Shown piece after piece: positions 37,681 to 50,321 of a DNA stretch of 64,000 nt. How positions within the stretch are numbered: the stretch's first letter is position 1; each line of letters starts with the position of its first letter. The DNA comes from Octopus vulgaris (lineage: Eukaryota): assembly GCA_951406725.2 (NCBI GenBank), contig OX597825.1, positions 10,850,001 through 10,914,000 of the forward strand. The letters run 5' to 3'. Both the position numbers and the translations under genes were made by a program. A model generated the notes under the pieces. It was given only the letters and a program-made list of their open reading frames with translations. It ran no database searches and was not told the origin of the DNA.

Positions 37681-38875
37681 CATCATCATCATCATCATCA
37701 TCATTTAGCGTCCGTTTTCCATGCTAGCATGGGTTGGACGGTTCTGCTGGGGTCTGTGAAGCCAGAAGGCTTCATCAGGCCCAGTCAAATCTGGCAGTGT
37801 TTCTACGGCTGGATGCCCTTCCTAACGCCAACCACTCCGTGAGTGTAGTGGGTGCTTTTTACGTGCCACCCGCACTGGTGCCAGCCAGAGCTGGCAAACG
37901 GCCACGAACGGATGGTGTTTTTTATGTGCCACCGGCACGAGGGCCAGGCGAGGCTGGCAACGAACACGAAACGGGGCGGTGCTGGCAACGGTCGCGAAAC
38001 GGAAGGTTCTCTTACATGCCACCGGCACTGGTAACACATCTGCAATTTCCATTGATCGATTTCGATTCTGATCCTCACTTGCCTCAATGGGTCTTCACAA
38101 GCAGAGTTTCGACATGCCACCGGCACTGGTAGCACATCCGCAATTTCCATTGATCGATTTCGATTCTGATCCTCACTTGCCTCAACACGTCTTCACAAGT
38201 AGAGTTTTGTGTCCCAAGAAGGGAAGGTATGCATACGTAGGCTGGCTCCATCCCATGTAGAAGGCCACGGGTTGTGGACTCACTTGTCCTGCCGGGTCTT
38301 CTCGCGCACAGCACACTTCCAGAGGTCTCGGTCTCTAGTCATTTCCTCGGTGAGACCTAAAGTTCGAAGGTCGTGCTTCACCACCTCGTCCCAGGTTTTC
38401 CTGGGTCTGCCTCTTCCACAGGTTCCCTCAACCGCTAGGGTGTGGCACTTTTTCACACAACTATCTTCATCCATTCTCGCCACATGACCATACCAGCGCA
38501 AACGTCTCTCTTGCACACCACAACTGATGCTTCTTAGGTCCAGCTTTTCTCTCAAGGTACTTACACTCTGCCGAGTGTGAGTACTGGCATTACACATCCA
38601 TCGGAGCATACTGGCTTCATTTCTAGCGAGCTTACGCATATCCTCAGCAGTCACGGCCCATGTTTCACTGCCATGTAGCATGGCTGTTCGTACACACGCA
38701 TCATACAGTCTGCCTTTCACTCTGTGCGAGAGGCCTTTTGTCACCAGCAGAGGTAAGAGCTCTCTGAACTTTGCCCAAGCTATTCTTACTCTAGCAGTTA
38801 CACTTTCAGCACACCCGCCCCCGCTGCTGACTTGGTCACCTAGGTAACGGAAACTATCAACTATTTCTAGTTTTT
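37681..38875 (-). mobile_element. 5'-truncated RTE-clade LINE: C-terminal ORF (~38873-38280) plus ~600-bp 3' UTR and (GAT)n tail
   Basis: FRYLGD..AW.KFREL, KGRLYDACVRTAMLHGSETW, ERRLRWYGHVARM, GRGRPRKTW; 98-bp tandem duplication starting at 38014 and 38112 in the UTR. Confidence 0.93.
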
Positions 38876-38900
38876 ATACACATATATATTTATATATATA

Positions 38901-39292
38901 TAGGCGCAGGAGTGGCTGTGTGGTAAGTAGCTTGCCTACCAACCACATGGTTCTGGGTTCAGTCCCACTGCGTGGCATCTTGGGCAAGTGTCTTCTGCTA
39001 TAGCCTCGGGCCGACCAATGCCTTGTGAGTGGATTTGGTATACGGAAACTGAAAGAGGCCTGTCGTATATATGTATATATATGTGTATGTGTGTGTATAT
39101 GTTTGTCCCTCTAGCATTGCTTGACAACCGATGCTGGTGTGTTTACGTCCCCGTCACTTAGCGGTTCGGCAAGAGAGACCGATAGAATAAGTACTGGGCT
39201 TACAAAGAATAAGTCCCGGGGTCGATTTGCTTGACTAAAGGCGGTGCTCCAGCATGGCCGCAGTCAAATGACTGAAACAAGTAAAAGAGTAA
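38901..39292 (+). mobile_element. SINE family A
   Basis: Full-length consensus match. Confidence 0.85.
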
Positions 39293-39674
39293 ATATATAT
39301 ATATATAGCAATGAAAATATTTTAACAAATTAAATTTAAATGTTGAAGTGAATCTAATGGTTTTTGTGTGATTCTTAAATGGCTTATAAACACCTTCCAC
39401 GCTGCAATTGTTTTCGTTCCAGCACACGATCTCAGATCAAGTCACTCGCTATGTAAGTACATCTCCGTAATATATATATATATATATATCAAAATAAGCA
39501 ACAAGGATATCCAGAGGTTATGCAGTACGATCGTTTCATGCAACTCCATTTAATTGAACAATGCAATCATTACATCAATTTAAAATGTAGAGCAATCTTC
39601 AATATATATAACGGTGTGGAGCTGTATACTCAACAAACAGGAATATGAACACCTAACTGTATATCTTTAGTCAA

Positions 39675-39755
39675 CTCTGATGAGATTTGACTTTTAAATT
39701 ATATTAATTACGGTAATTAATTCCTAAGTGTCTGGAATCAAAATAGCTGTCAGAG
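39675..39755 (+). ncRNA. Degenerate minimal hammerhead motif
   Basis: CT CTGATGA GATT..AATC AAAA T-AGCT-G TC AG; G12->A and stem III C->T relative to canonical. Confidence 0.45.
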
Positions 39756-40956
39756 ATGATGTTTAATTTTTTAATTAATAAATAATTATTAATCATCTCT
39801 CTATTTTCTTATCTTCTTAAAATATACATAAACCACAGTTTATCTAGTTACCTTGCAGTTGAATATTAATTATAATATTCAACACTTTTTAAATAGGTAA
39901 CTAACCAGTATTTTCATTGCATTTTATTATCTTTTATTAAGTTTGTAACCTTTATTTGAACTTATATATATAAAGGAATGCCAAAAATGGGACAAGAATG
40001 CAAAACATCCAGACAGTTAGATGATACAAAAATGAGACAACAACACATCCAGACAGCCGATACAAAAAGAAACATAGACGGGTCATTTGGAGTCTTCTTT
40101 TTTCAGTCGAGTTCCAGATTATCTTTGCAATTTCGGCTTGTTATACTTGAGATTGCTCCAATCTGGCCAACCCAAAGGAAAAACTAATCTAAGAGCACTA
40201 GATTCCTTGGAAGAAAGCAGTGAATGTATACGAAAACAAGGACGGAAAAAAACGGAGAAATAGTACACAAATGCAAATAAAGAACATTAACAACAGGTGT
40301 ATATATATATAAATATGTACATATCTGTGTTTGCCACTACTATTTAATAATTGCTGATGGGGTATTTAAGTCTCTGTAATTTGGTGCCCATGCTAGGGCA
40401 CTATCTTGAAGAATTTTAGTTGAACAAATTAACACCAGTACTTTTTTTTTAAGCCTGGTATTTATTCTGTCAGTCTCTTTTGCCAAACTGCTAAGTCATG
40501 GTGAGGCAAAGACACCAACACTGGTTTTTGAGTGGTGGTGGTGGTGGAAAAAAACACAGACAAAGACACACTCATATATATATATATATATATACATACA
40601 CATGGACATATATACGATGAGCTTCTTTCAGTTTCAGTCTACCAAATCCACTCACAGGGCTTTGGTTGGCCCAGGGCTATAGTAAAAGACACTTGCTCAA
40701 GGTGTCATGCAGTGGGACTGAACTGGGAACCATGTAGTTGGAATGCAGGCTTTTTGCCACATAGCCATGCCTATAAATATAATAAATTTTTCTTTGATTG
40801 ACTTGTGTTTTACTTTTTTTGATGCAAGCCCCTAAAAAAATCCAGGTTTTGGATCTAGTCCAGATATTAAAGAGGTTGAGAAACACTGCTCTGTGGAGTC
40901 ACTCAGCCTGCTAGAAATAACTGTCAAACTTTTCTCAAATCATATTCCACTATCTT

Positions 40957-41118
40957 AGGTGTAGGATTGGCTGTGTGGTAAGTAGTTTGCTTACCAACCA
41001 TATAGTTCTGGGTTCAGTCCCACTGCATGGCACCTTGGGCAAGTGTCTTCTACTATAGCCTCGGGCCGACCAAAGCCTTGTGAGTGGATTTGGTAGACCG
41101 AAACTGAAAGAACCCGTC

Positions 41119-41181
<63 letters not shown>

Positions 41182-41182
41182 C

Positions 41183-41238
<56 letters not shown>

Positions 41239-41560
41239 TAATTATATCCTGTCTGTCCTTCATAATAGATAATGTTAATGCTATCACTGTATCACAAATA
41301 TGATGATGATGATGATGATGATATATATATATGCATGTGTGTGTATATGTTTGTGTGTCTGTGTTTGTCTCCCCAACAGCGCTTGACAACTGATGCTGGT
41401 GTGTTTACGTCCCCGTAACTTAGCAGTTCGGCGAGAGAGACCGATAGAATAAGTACTGGGCTTACAAAGAATGAGTCCCGGGGTTGATTTGCTCGACTAA
41501 ATGCGGTGCTCCAGCATGGCCACAGTCAAATGACAGAAACAAGTAAAAGAGTAAAGAGAG
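40957..41560 (+). mobile_element. SINE family A with expanded TA tract
   Basis: Consensus match. Confidence 0.85.
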
Positions 41561-42039
41561 TATCTTAGAAAAAAAAAACAATGTAAAACGTGAAGAATAT
41601 TGACCATGTAGTGTCCCTGAAGTAGACGGAAACAGATGGTTGAATGGTTGTAGCTGTCATCGTAAGTTTATTCAGGTTGATCTGGGGGTTAAACAACAAC
41701 ACACACACACATGCGTTTACACACACGTTGTTTTAAGTGAAAACAACTGTAGTCTGCAGTCTGCTACACATCTGTTTCGGGTGATGACATCATCACAGCT
41801 GTCACTCTCAAACTGATCAATCATCCACAAACTCATTTCAACATTATTATTATTATTATCATTTTTATTCCTTGTACTCCCCGCCACTAGTACTTTAGTA
41901 TTTGGGTTTTTATTTAAAAAATTTTTTTGCCATTTGGTCAACTGTTCAACCACAGTCGGTATCTATTATGTCTTTCTGTATGATTTATTTTATACTAGAG
42001 CTGCTTTATTTCATATGTAAATATATATATATATGCTCT

Positions 42040-42458
42040 CTTTTTACTCTTTTACTTGTTTCAGTCATTTGACTGTGGCCAAGCTGGAGCACCGCCTTTA
42101 ATCGAGCAACTCGACCCCGGGACTTATTCTTTTGTAAGCCCAGTACTTATTCTATCGGTCTCTTTTGCCGAACCACTAAGTTACGGGGACCTAAACACAC
42201 CAGCATCAGTTGTCAAGCGATGTTGGGGAGACAAACACAGACACACAAATATATACACACACATACATATATATATATGTATATGCATATATAAAACAGG
42301 CTTCTTTCAGTTTCCGTCTACCAAATCCACTGACAAGGCTTTGGTTGGCCCGAGGCTATAGTAGAAGACACTTGCCCAAGGTGCCATGCAGTGGGACTGA
42401 ACCCGGAACCATGTGGTTGGTAAGCAAGCTACTTACCACACAGCCACTCCTGCGCCTA
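42040..42458 (-). mobile_element. SINE family A
   Basis: Full-length reverse-complement match. Confidence 0.85.
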
Positions 42459-42474
42459 TATATATATATATATA

Positions 42475-42795
42475 TCATCATCATCATCATCGTTTAACAT
42501 CTGCTTTCCATGCTCGCAAGGGTTGGACGATATGACTGAGGTCTGGCGAACCAGATGGCTGCAACCAGACTCCAATCTGATCTGGCAGAGTTTCTACAGC
42601 TGAATGCCCTTCCTAATGCCAACCACTCCGAGAGTGTAGTGAGTGCTTTTATGTCCCACCGGCATGAGGGCCAGTCAGGCAGTACTGGCAACGGCCATGC
42701 TCAAATGGTGCTTTTTATGTGCCACCTGCACAGGAGCCAGTCCAGCGGCACTGGCAATGACCTTGCTCAAATGTTTTTTCACATACCACCAGCAC
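42475..42795 (-). mobile_element. RTE LINE 3' UTR fragment
   Basis: (CAT)n start; matches 22616-23110. Confidence 0.8.
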
Positions 42796-43039
42796 CCGAA
42801 AGTGTTACTTCTAGTTTCATGGTTTTATGATATTTGAATGTGCATATTTATAAAATATGCCATGTATCTTAAAGCATTATTTCAGGCTCTCAGTGACTGC
42901 AAGAAGACTGCAATACAGTCTCTGTTTGGCTGGATGTTTATTCCAGGAGATATTCAGAAGAACTGAGGATTTAAATGAGTGATGTTAGTAATGAATCTAT
43001 TTCATCTTTCTTTGTTAACAGAGTTCGGTACGTATATGT

Positions 43040-43117
<78 letters not shown>

Positions 43118-43119
<2 letters not shown>

Positions 43120-43300
43120 AAATCCTTCTAGAAATCCCGGATAAACCCCCTACACCCGGATATGTCTCTGTAAACAATAACTCTCTACCTGAGTGGGCCA
43201 TAGTGCCCAAATTCTGACTTGAAAGACTTCACCAGGTGGTGCTATTAAGTTAGACATGGCCTGGGCCAATAATGGCCGAAACCTATCAAAGTATCAAAGT
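43118..43300 (+). mobile_element. LINE 3' end (CR1/L2 group) with (TATCAAAG)n tail
   Basis: LLEIPDKPPTPGY...NNSL..* resembles the C-terminus of such LINE ORF2s; tandem tail; sits within (TA)n. Confidence 0.6.
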
Positions 43301-43327
43301 ATATATATATACATATATATATATATA

Positions 43328-43629
43328 GTGACCAGCAATGTGTAACTACATCTGATGGACTGGTCGTACACATTGCCGGTCACAATGCATTCGCATTGTT
43401 TTAGCCTTCGAATGACGCCACCCCGCTGGCTAAGCGAGCAGGCCAACAGAAGAAAGAGTGGGAGAATGAGTGGTGAAAGAGTACAGCAGGGATCACCACA
43501 CCCTGCCGGAGCCTCGTGGAGCTTTTAGGTGTTTTCGCTCAATAAACACTCACAATGCCCGGTCTGGGAATCGAAACTGCGATCCTACGACCGCGAGTCA
43601 GCTGCCCTAACCACTGGGCCATTGCACCT

Positions 43630-43632
<3 letters not shown>
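43328..43632 (-). mobile_element. tRNA-derived SINE (another family)
   Basis: Minus strand TGGCCCAGTGG A-box, AGTTTCGATTCC B-box; flanked by microsatellites. Confidence 0.75.
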
Positions 43633-43689
<57 letters not shown>

Positions 43690-43693
<4 letters not shown>

Positions 43694-44090
43694 GCGCAGG
43701 AGTGGCTGTGTGGTAAGTAGCTTGTTTACTAACCACATGGTTCCAGGTTCAGTCCCACTGTGTGGAACCTTGGGCAAGTGTCTTCTACTATAGCCTCGGG
43801 CCGACCAAAGCCTTGTGAGTGGATTTGGTAGACGGAAACTGAAAGAAGCCTGTCGTATATATGTGGTGGGGGGTGTATATGTTTGTGTGTCTGTGTTTGT
43901 CCCCCAACATCACTTGATAACCGATGCTGGTGTGTTTATGTCCCCGTAACTTAGCGGTTCGGCAAAAGAGATCGATAGAATAAGTACTGGGCTTACAAAA
44001 AGAATAAGTTCCGGGGTCGATTTGCTCGACTAAAGGTAGTGCACCAGCATGGCCGCAGTCAAAATGACTGAAACAAGTAAAAAAGAAAAA
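43690..44090 (+). mobile_element. SINE family A
   Basis: Full-length consensus match; extra tail-only copy at ~44120-44355. Confidence 0.85.
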
Positions 44091-44994
44091 AAAAAGATAT
44101 ATATGTATATTTTTTATATAATATGTGTGTGTCTTTGTGTCTGTGTTTGTCCCCCACCCCCACTGCCACTTGGCAACCTGTGTTGGTGTGTTTATGTCTC
44201 TGTAACTAAGCAGTTTGGCAAAGCAACTGACAGAATAAGTACCAGGCCCCTTTCAAAAGAAATAAGTACTAGGGTCAATTCATTCAGCCAAAAGTTCTTC
44301 AAGGCGGTGCCCCAGCATGGCCACAGTCTAATGACTGAAACAAGTAAAAGATAAAAAAGACAAAAGATTTCACTTTGTTTCATTTGGAAATACACATTGG
44401 GAAGTCAGCTGACCTACAATGAATTTTATCTACACTTCACACACAAAACCTGCATGTGTGTATATATACACAAACCCCACACCTATGTGTGTAGTCTCGC
44501 ACACATATGCGTACGTTGGTTGACCTGTTCAAATACTTTAAAGTAGAGCAAGATATCAGTGGTTGTAGGATTTCTTCATGTAGGTCACCTTGGGGACACT
44601 CCTTCACTCTCCACCACCCACCCCACTTCACATGAGATAAAGGAGGTGGGGTGGGGGACTAAAGACAGTTTTAGTAACTTGAGATAATGTTTTTTTAGTT
44701 ATCTAAAACTTGGTCTGATTAAGTTGCTAGTACACTCGCTCGCTCGTTAATGTAACGAGTATCTTCTCTATTCAATATTATTTAATTAAAATTTCACCAA
44801 GTGTGAAGAGGAAAAAAAAAAAAATCATTAGCTTTAATAATTAATTCTTGTCAGAACAGACAAGGGAGACAACTAAGGGAGATAACAGTATAGAGGGAGT
44901 GGTACATGCAGTGGGGAGTGAGTCAGATCTTTGGTAACTATGGCAACAACTGCAGACATGTTTTGGTTTTATTGCTTTTTATTGCTTTTAATTT

Positions 44995-45225
44995 ATTTCT
45001 TTATTACCCACAAGGGGCTACACACAGAGAGGACAAACAAGGACAGACAAACGGGTTAAGTCGATTATATCGACCCCAGTGCGTAACTGGTACTTTATTT
45101 ATTGACCCCGAAAGGATGAAAGGCAAAGTCGACCTCAGCGGAATTTGAACTCAGAACGTAGCGACAGACGAAATACTACTAAGCATTTCACCCGGCTTGC
45201 TAACGATTCTGCCAGCTCACCGCCT
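44995..45225 (-). mobile_element. SINE family M with target-site duplication
   Basis: TTATTGCTTTTAATT on both sides. Confidence 0.85.
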
Positions 45226-45249
45226 TATTGCTTTTAATTGATATATATG

Positions 45250-45950
45250 AAGAGGCTGTGCCAATCACCCATTAATGCACCTCCAGGACCAGAGACAGCT
45301 GTAGGGAAAGCATGAACAGGAAGAGCATTCCAGAGGGCCAATGATTTGGGGAGGAAGGATTGTAGATAAAGGGTTTAATATATCTGTACATGTAGCTGTA
45401 ACAGCAGCACTGTCCCAGGATGGGAGTGAGCAGTGCTACTTTGTGGGTCTCATTTGAACTTTGTTGTGTTAGTTATTGGCTGTGGGTGGGTGGGTGCTTT
45501 TTCTGGCCTTAAAAGGGAGGCCTTGTCATTGTGATGTTTTCCTTATAAAGTTGAAGATGTACATTTAGCATTTAGCAGGAGAGATCCTTAATGTGAACGA
45601 GGCCTGGAATGGGAATATTATTTTCATGATACAATGAGTGGTTGTGACTTTGTGCCATTGACAGAATTAAGATTGGCAAAGCCTCCCTTTGCAGGATGCT
45701 TTTGGGGGTCTCTGTACATGAAACTAACGTGAATATGTCATGGGGATGGTGCATGGGTGTGAAAGAATTAGGGATGAATGAGATAAGAGGTGGTGTCATC
45801 TGGATATGAGTGTTGTTTGAATTGATGGAAGTTAGGAGAAGTGTTGAAGACAAAGACAAAACTTGGGATACCCCCAGAATTGACGGTGTAGGGGTCAGAG
45901 AGTACTTCATACATGCAGGGTACGATGGTGCAGTCTAAGTGGTAACTCAC
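45250..45950 (-). pseudogene. Highly degraded LINE RT and 3' region
   Basis: Remnants resembling SGVPQGSVLS.TLFL and HSYPDDTT (YADD box). Confidence 0.5.
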
Positions 45951-46321
45951 TCACAAGAGAGCTGAACAGCTGAATATCTTCAAAGAAGAAACCCTCCTCA
46001 GGCGACTGTCTCAGCCCTTCTTACACTCTAAGGGGGCCGGGTCGCATCCAGGTCATGACTCCTAAGTGCCCTTCTGCCAACACTCTTTGTCCTCTTGGAT
46101 ATTGGAAACTTGTGCATTTAAGCTGCTTGGAGATTTCATCTTGTTGTAACTTCTCTCTGTTGACTCAGCATTCAAATTCTTTAACTCAAGAAACAAGGAC
46201 TCACTTAGGGCCAGTAGCCATGCAATGTTCCTGATGGTCTCTTCTTCACTCTGAAACATAGCTCAGAAGTGGTAGGGGGTGTTCTCCAGGGTGTCAAGGA
46301 CTGAATCAGCTTTCATTGGTT

Positions 46322-46645
46322 GCTTTACAAAGTCAGAAAACAGCACAGCTCCCATGACTTTCGGAAACATTTATTCACGCTGAGAGTTGCTGAAGCATGG
46401 AACAAACTGCTGGCATCAGTTGTTAGTTGTCGAAGCACTGCATCCTTCAAAACTTCCATGCTTCCTGAGATTCGCCAACACAACACCTGATCTTCTCCCC
46501 TCCATACACACGCAAGCATGTATCTGACTCATACACTGTTCACTTCCCAGACATTTGTACTTTACTGCATATGCTTTATATGCACTTTTGACAAGTTGTG
46601 GTGCACCTGAGCACTGTATACAATAATTTCATTATCACTATTATT
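46322..46645 (+). mobile_element. CR1-like LINE 3' end (second family)
   Basis: HDFRKHLFTLRVAEAWNKL..SFKTSML plus 3' UTR and ATT-type tail. Confidence 0.8.
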
Positions 46646-47388
46646 GTTATTTTAAAGAAGCATTCCACCACAGTGTACCTAGGGTTACATTACTCAATGT
46701 ATCCGTTTTCTTTTCTTCTTCAAAGAAAGTTGAGTGTGATTTTAAGGAAATTTGGTTGCTACTTCTAGCAGGCCAATTGACCACATAAAGGCTCCTTCGT
46801 CGAGACAGTGGATGGAAGTCAAAAGAAAACAAAGTGTTCGTAAAACAAAAGAAGCAACCCTGATTAAATAATCAATCACTAATGTTGTGTTAGTGTGAAG
46901 GCGGTGGTGGTGGCAGAGGTGAGGTGGAGGGGGAAGAGGAAGTCGCTGAGTGTTGGTTTTTGAAATAAGGAAGTTTCAGTTTAGTTTGGTCTTTTTAATT
47001 AACGATGAGAGATGGGTTTTTTTTCCCTTTTCCTTTTGATATTTGGAAAACTTCAAACACACACACACACACACACACACAGGCACACTTAATCATAGTC
47101 TTACATACTCTTGTATTTTTTTTTTATCCATAATACATTACTAACCTGTTAATGTCCTTTTCTTATTTTTTTCCTTTTTAAAGAAAAGAATAATTAGAGC
47201 AGGTTTTGTTGATCCAAGATGTTTGACACACTGGTCAGGGCACTCCATGATAGCTTTGTACTTCCTGTTGCAATAATAAGGGTGTGTGTTTGTGTGTGGA
47301 TGTGTGTAGAAGCACATTGTGTTATAGAAGGTGATGGCAATGCAGAGGAAAGATTACATATTATAATACATGTAAAAAATATATTACA

Positions 47389-47760
47389 CTAGCAGTATCG
47401 CCCGGCGTTGCTTGGGTTTGTTTCGACCCTTTAGAATTGGAACTGCATTATGTAGCTTGTTATTCTCTTTAAGTGAACATTTTTCTGGTTGAAATACACC
47501 GAAAAATGGTGACACAGCAGTAAAAAAATCGTAAAAAATAAGGATTTTCATAGAAAAAAGCACCTTTTTGATGTAAATGATTTTTGGTGTTAACATGGTC
47601 CGATTTGAATTTTTTCTTCTACAGAAGGAAGAGCAAGCCTTCTTCTATCATTCTCTCAATTTTGGTCAATTTGTGCCACAGGGTCTCGGAGGAGATAGTG
47701 TTAGTTGAAGGCTACCAAACCTGCCATACACAGACAACTTCAGCTTTATATATAGAGAGA
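47389..47760 (-). mobile_element. Non-autonomous Helitron
   Basis: Same family as 2532-2921; TC..CTAG termini, A|T target. Confidence 0.8.
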
Positions 47761-47919
47761 TTAGAAAGGTTCAAGTAATCTTGATCTATGTATGGATGAA
47801 TATTTTCTTTTATTTTTAATTATTTGAAATCTTCCTGTGAGGAACGGTCAGGTTTCTATCGAAGATACAAAGCTTCATTGTTGGAATGTAGATAATATAT
47901 ATATACATGAGGTTGTTGC

Positions 47920-48197
47920 TAGTGCCGCGAGCGAGGTCGTTGCCAGTGCTGCTGGATTGGCTCCTGTGCAGGTGGCACATAAAAAGCACCATTTGAGCCT
48001 GGCCGTTGCCAGTACCACCTAACTGGCCCCCGTGCAGGTGACATGTAAAAAGCAACCACTACACTCTGAGTTGTTGGCATTAGGAAGGGCATCCAGCTGT
48101 AGAAACTCTGCCAGATCAAGACTGGAGCCTGGTACAGCCATCTGGTTACCAGCCCTCAGTCAAAATCGTCCAACGTTAAATGATGATGATGATGATT
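47920..48197 (+). mobile_element. RTE LINE 3' UTR fragment
   Basis: GGTGGCACATAAAAAGCACC motif, GGAAGGGCATCCAGC, (GAT)n. Confidence 0.75.
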
Positions 48198-48986
48198 TTG
48201 TGGCATGTAAGACATTTATTTCCAAAAATATGTCTAAAAAAATCATTCTTAGTCCTATCTGCAAAATTGTGCTTATAATACATGTTTTAATGCACGAAAA
48301 AAATTTCTTTCCGAGGCACATACTGATGAAAGTGGGTTGAATCTAATATGTTTGTGTGTCTTTTATGCTATCGAATACTGTAATTTAATAGATACGTTTA
48401 CTGCTGGAATCCTGCAATGATCGATCGACTTCTCTTTTATCAAGAAATCCATAGCAATGGCATGCTGCCACAGTCACTGTCTATTGATTTAATAAATCAC
48501 ATGAATCCGCTCACTCAAAACTGACTGGGTCTACCCAGAGCTTCCCTGCAAAATCTCCATTGTTGAAAGTGGTGAGGGTCATATAGTTTTAATTAAAAAA
48601 TACTGTACACTTCTGCTAATTTTCTACTTAAAGTAAATGAACATTTTAAGTATTTTTATTTTTAATTATCAATCATGAGGGGTGGGGGAAACGTAAAAAA
48701 AAAGTGAACTTCACTCTGAGTTTTGATTTGTCTATTTTTATTGTCTTACATTAATTTTTGCATGTTTACATGTATTGGGGGTATTTTTTGTCTGTTAAAG
48801 CAGTTTTTATTTAGCCCCAGGTTAGCATTGCATGAAGGAATCCTCAAAGGCATTTTAGCCATAGCTTGTTGATCTTTTTGTTTTTATATTGCCCAGTGTC
48901 GCTTTCGTTTTCTACGATGTTAAAATGTGATTTGTGAGAGATCTGGCTGCTGTTTCTAGCGTATCTAACAACCACATTCTAACATT

Positions 48987-49047
48987 CCACCCTGTACTTA
49001 ACTCCATGTCCCCCTACATGGCCTTGCTATTTGCTTTTGAGCCAAAT

Positions 49048-49074
<27 letters not shown>
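48987..49074 (+). mobile_element. Extreme 3' end of the CR1 LINE with 8-bp TSD
   Basis: Matches the 3' UTR at 27482-27567; (CTAA)n tail; CTAACATT at 48979-48986 and 49075-49082. Confidence 0.85.
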
Positions 49075-49079
<5 letters not shown>

Positions 49080-50321
49080 ATTTGAAATACAGCAATTTAC
49101 TACAAATCAGTTATGAATTGTAGTTTTATCTTATTCCGGTTGTCTGTCCTTATAACGATTTCTTTTTAAATCCCTTCTATACTACTACTCCTACTACTAC
49201 TTTCAAATTTTGGCACAAGTCTACCTTTTTGAAAAGTTGTATTTACAGTCAGGTATTCTTTCCACAATAAACGTCTCAACTGTGAAGACAGTGAAAGTTA
49301 GAGTAAACAGAGTTATGTACCTTGCATAGAGACACTGCTGTTGGTCGCAGTGATAAGGTTTTGGACTCGTCTCTGTGGTCCAACACTAACTTCCCTTTAA
49401 TTGCGTTCATTTATCATCAACAGGATTTCTTCCTTTTTCAGTGTTGCTCCTTCATCATTATTTATTATTATAATAATAATAATAAATAAGATAATAATAA
49501 TGAAATTATTGTATACAGTGCTCAGGTGCAGCACAACTTGTCAAAAAGTGCATATAAAGCATATACAGTAATGTACAAATGTCTGGAAAGCGAAAAGTGT
49601 ATGAGTCAGATACATGCTTGTGTGTGTATGGAGGGGAGAAAATCAGGTGTAGTGTTGGCGAATCTCAGGAAGGATGCAGTGCTCCGACAACTTACAGCTG
49701 ATGCCGGCAGTTTGTTCCATGCTTCAGCAACTTCGATCGGCAGAATCGTTTCAATTGTCTTTCGGTGAGGGTGGCATAATTGGAACAGGATTTCCGTATA
49801 GCATATTCTTTTACGTGCTTCGTTCATTTGACTGCGGCCATGCTGGAGCACTGCCTTTAGTCGAACGAATTGACCCCAGGACTTACTCTTTGTAAGACTA
49901 GTACTTATATTCTATCGGAGTCTTTTTGCCGAACCGCTAAGTGACAGGGACGTAAACACACCAACACCGATTGTCAAGCGATGGTGGGGGTGACAAACAC
50001 AGACAACAAATACATACATAAGACAATAACTATTATTTTCAATATTCCAATAAGTGATACAAACCCGGACATGAATCGGTACTGTTAGACCACTTCAAAG
50101 ATGGACAAAGTTTACCGAACTGGCCAAAATAGTTATGAGAGAATAGCTACTGTGTTTATTCGTGTGTAAATCCTAGCACAACATTTTTCCTCCCTTCCTC
50201 TTCAAACTTGAAATCAGCTTTGTCCCATGTATAAGTAGCACCACAGTTTGTTTTCAGTTAAGATCAAGTATAAAATAGTACGATTTGCACACGAGTAAAT
50301 TCAGTAAATAAACGTGCAATG

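Noticed and set aside
48392-48580. Possible exon in unique-looking sequence
   Set aside because: All plus frames stop before the candidate donor; the minus strand weakly resembles a decayed mariner segment, too weak to call.
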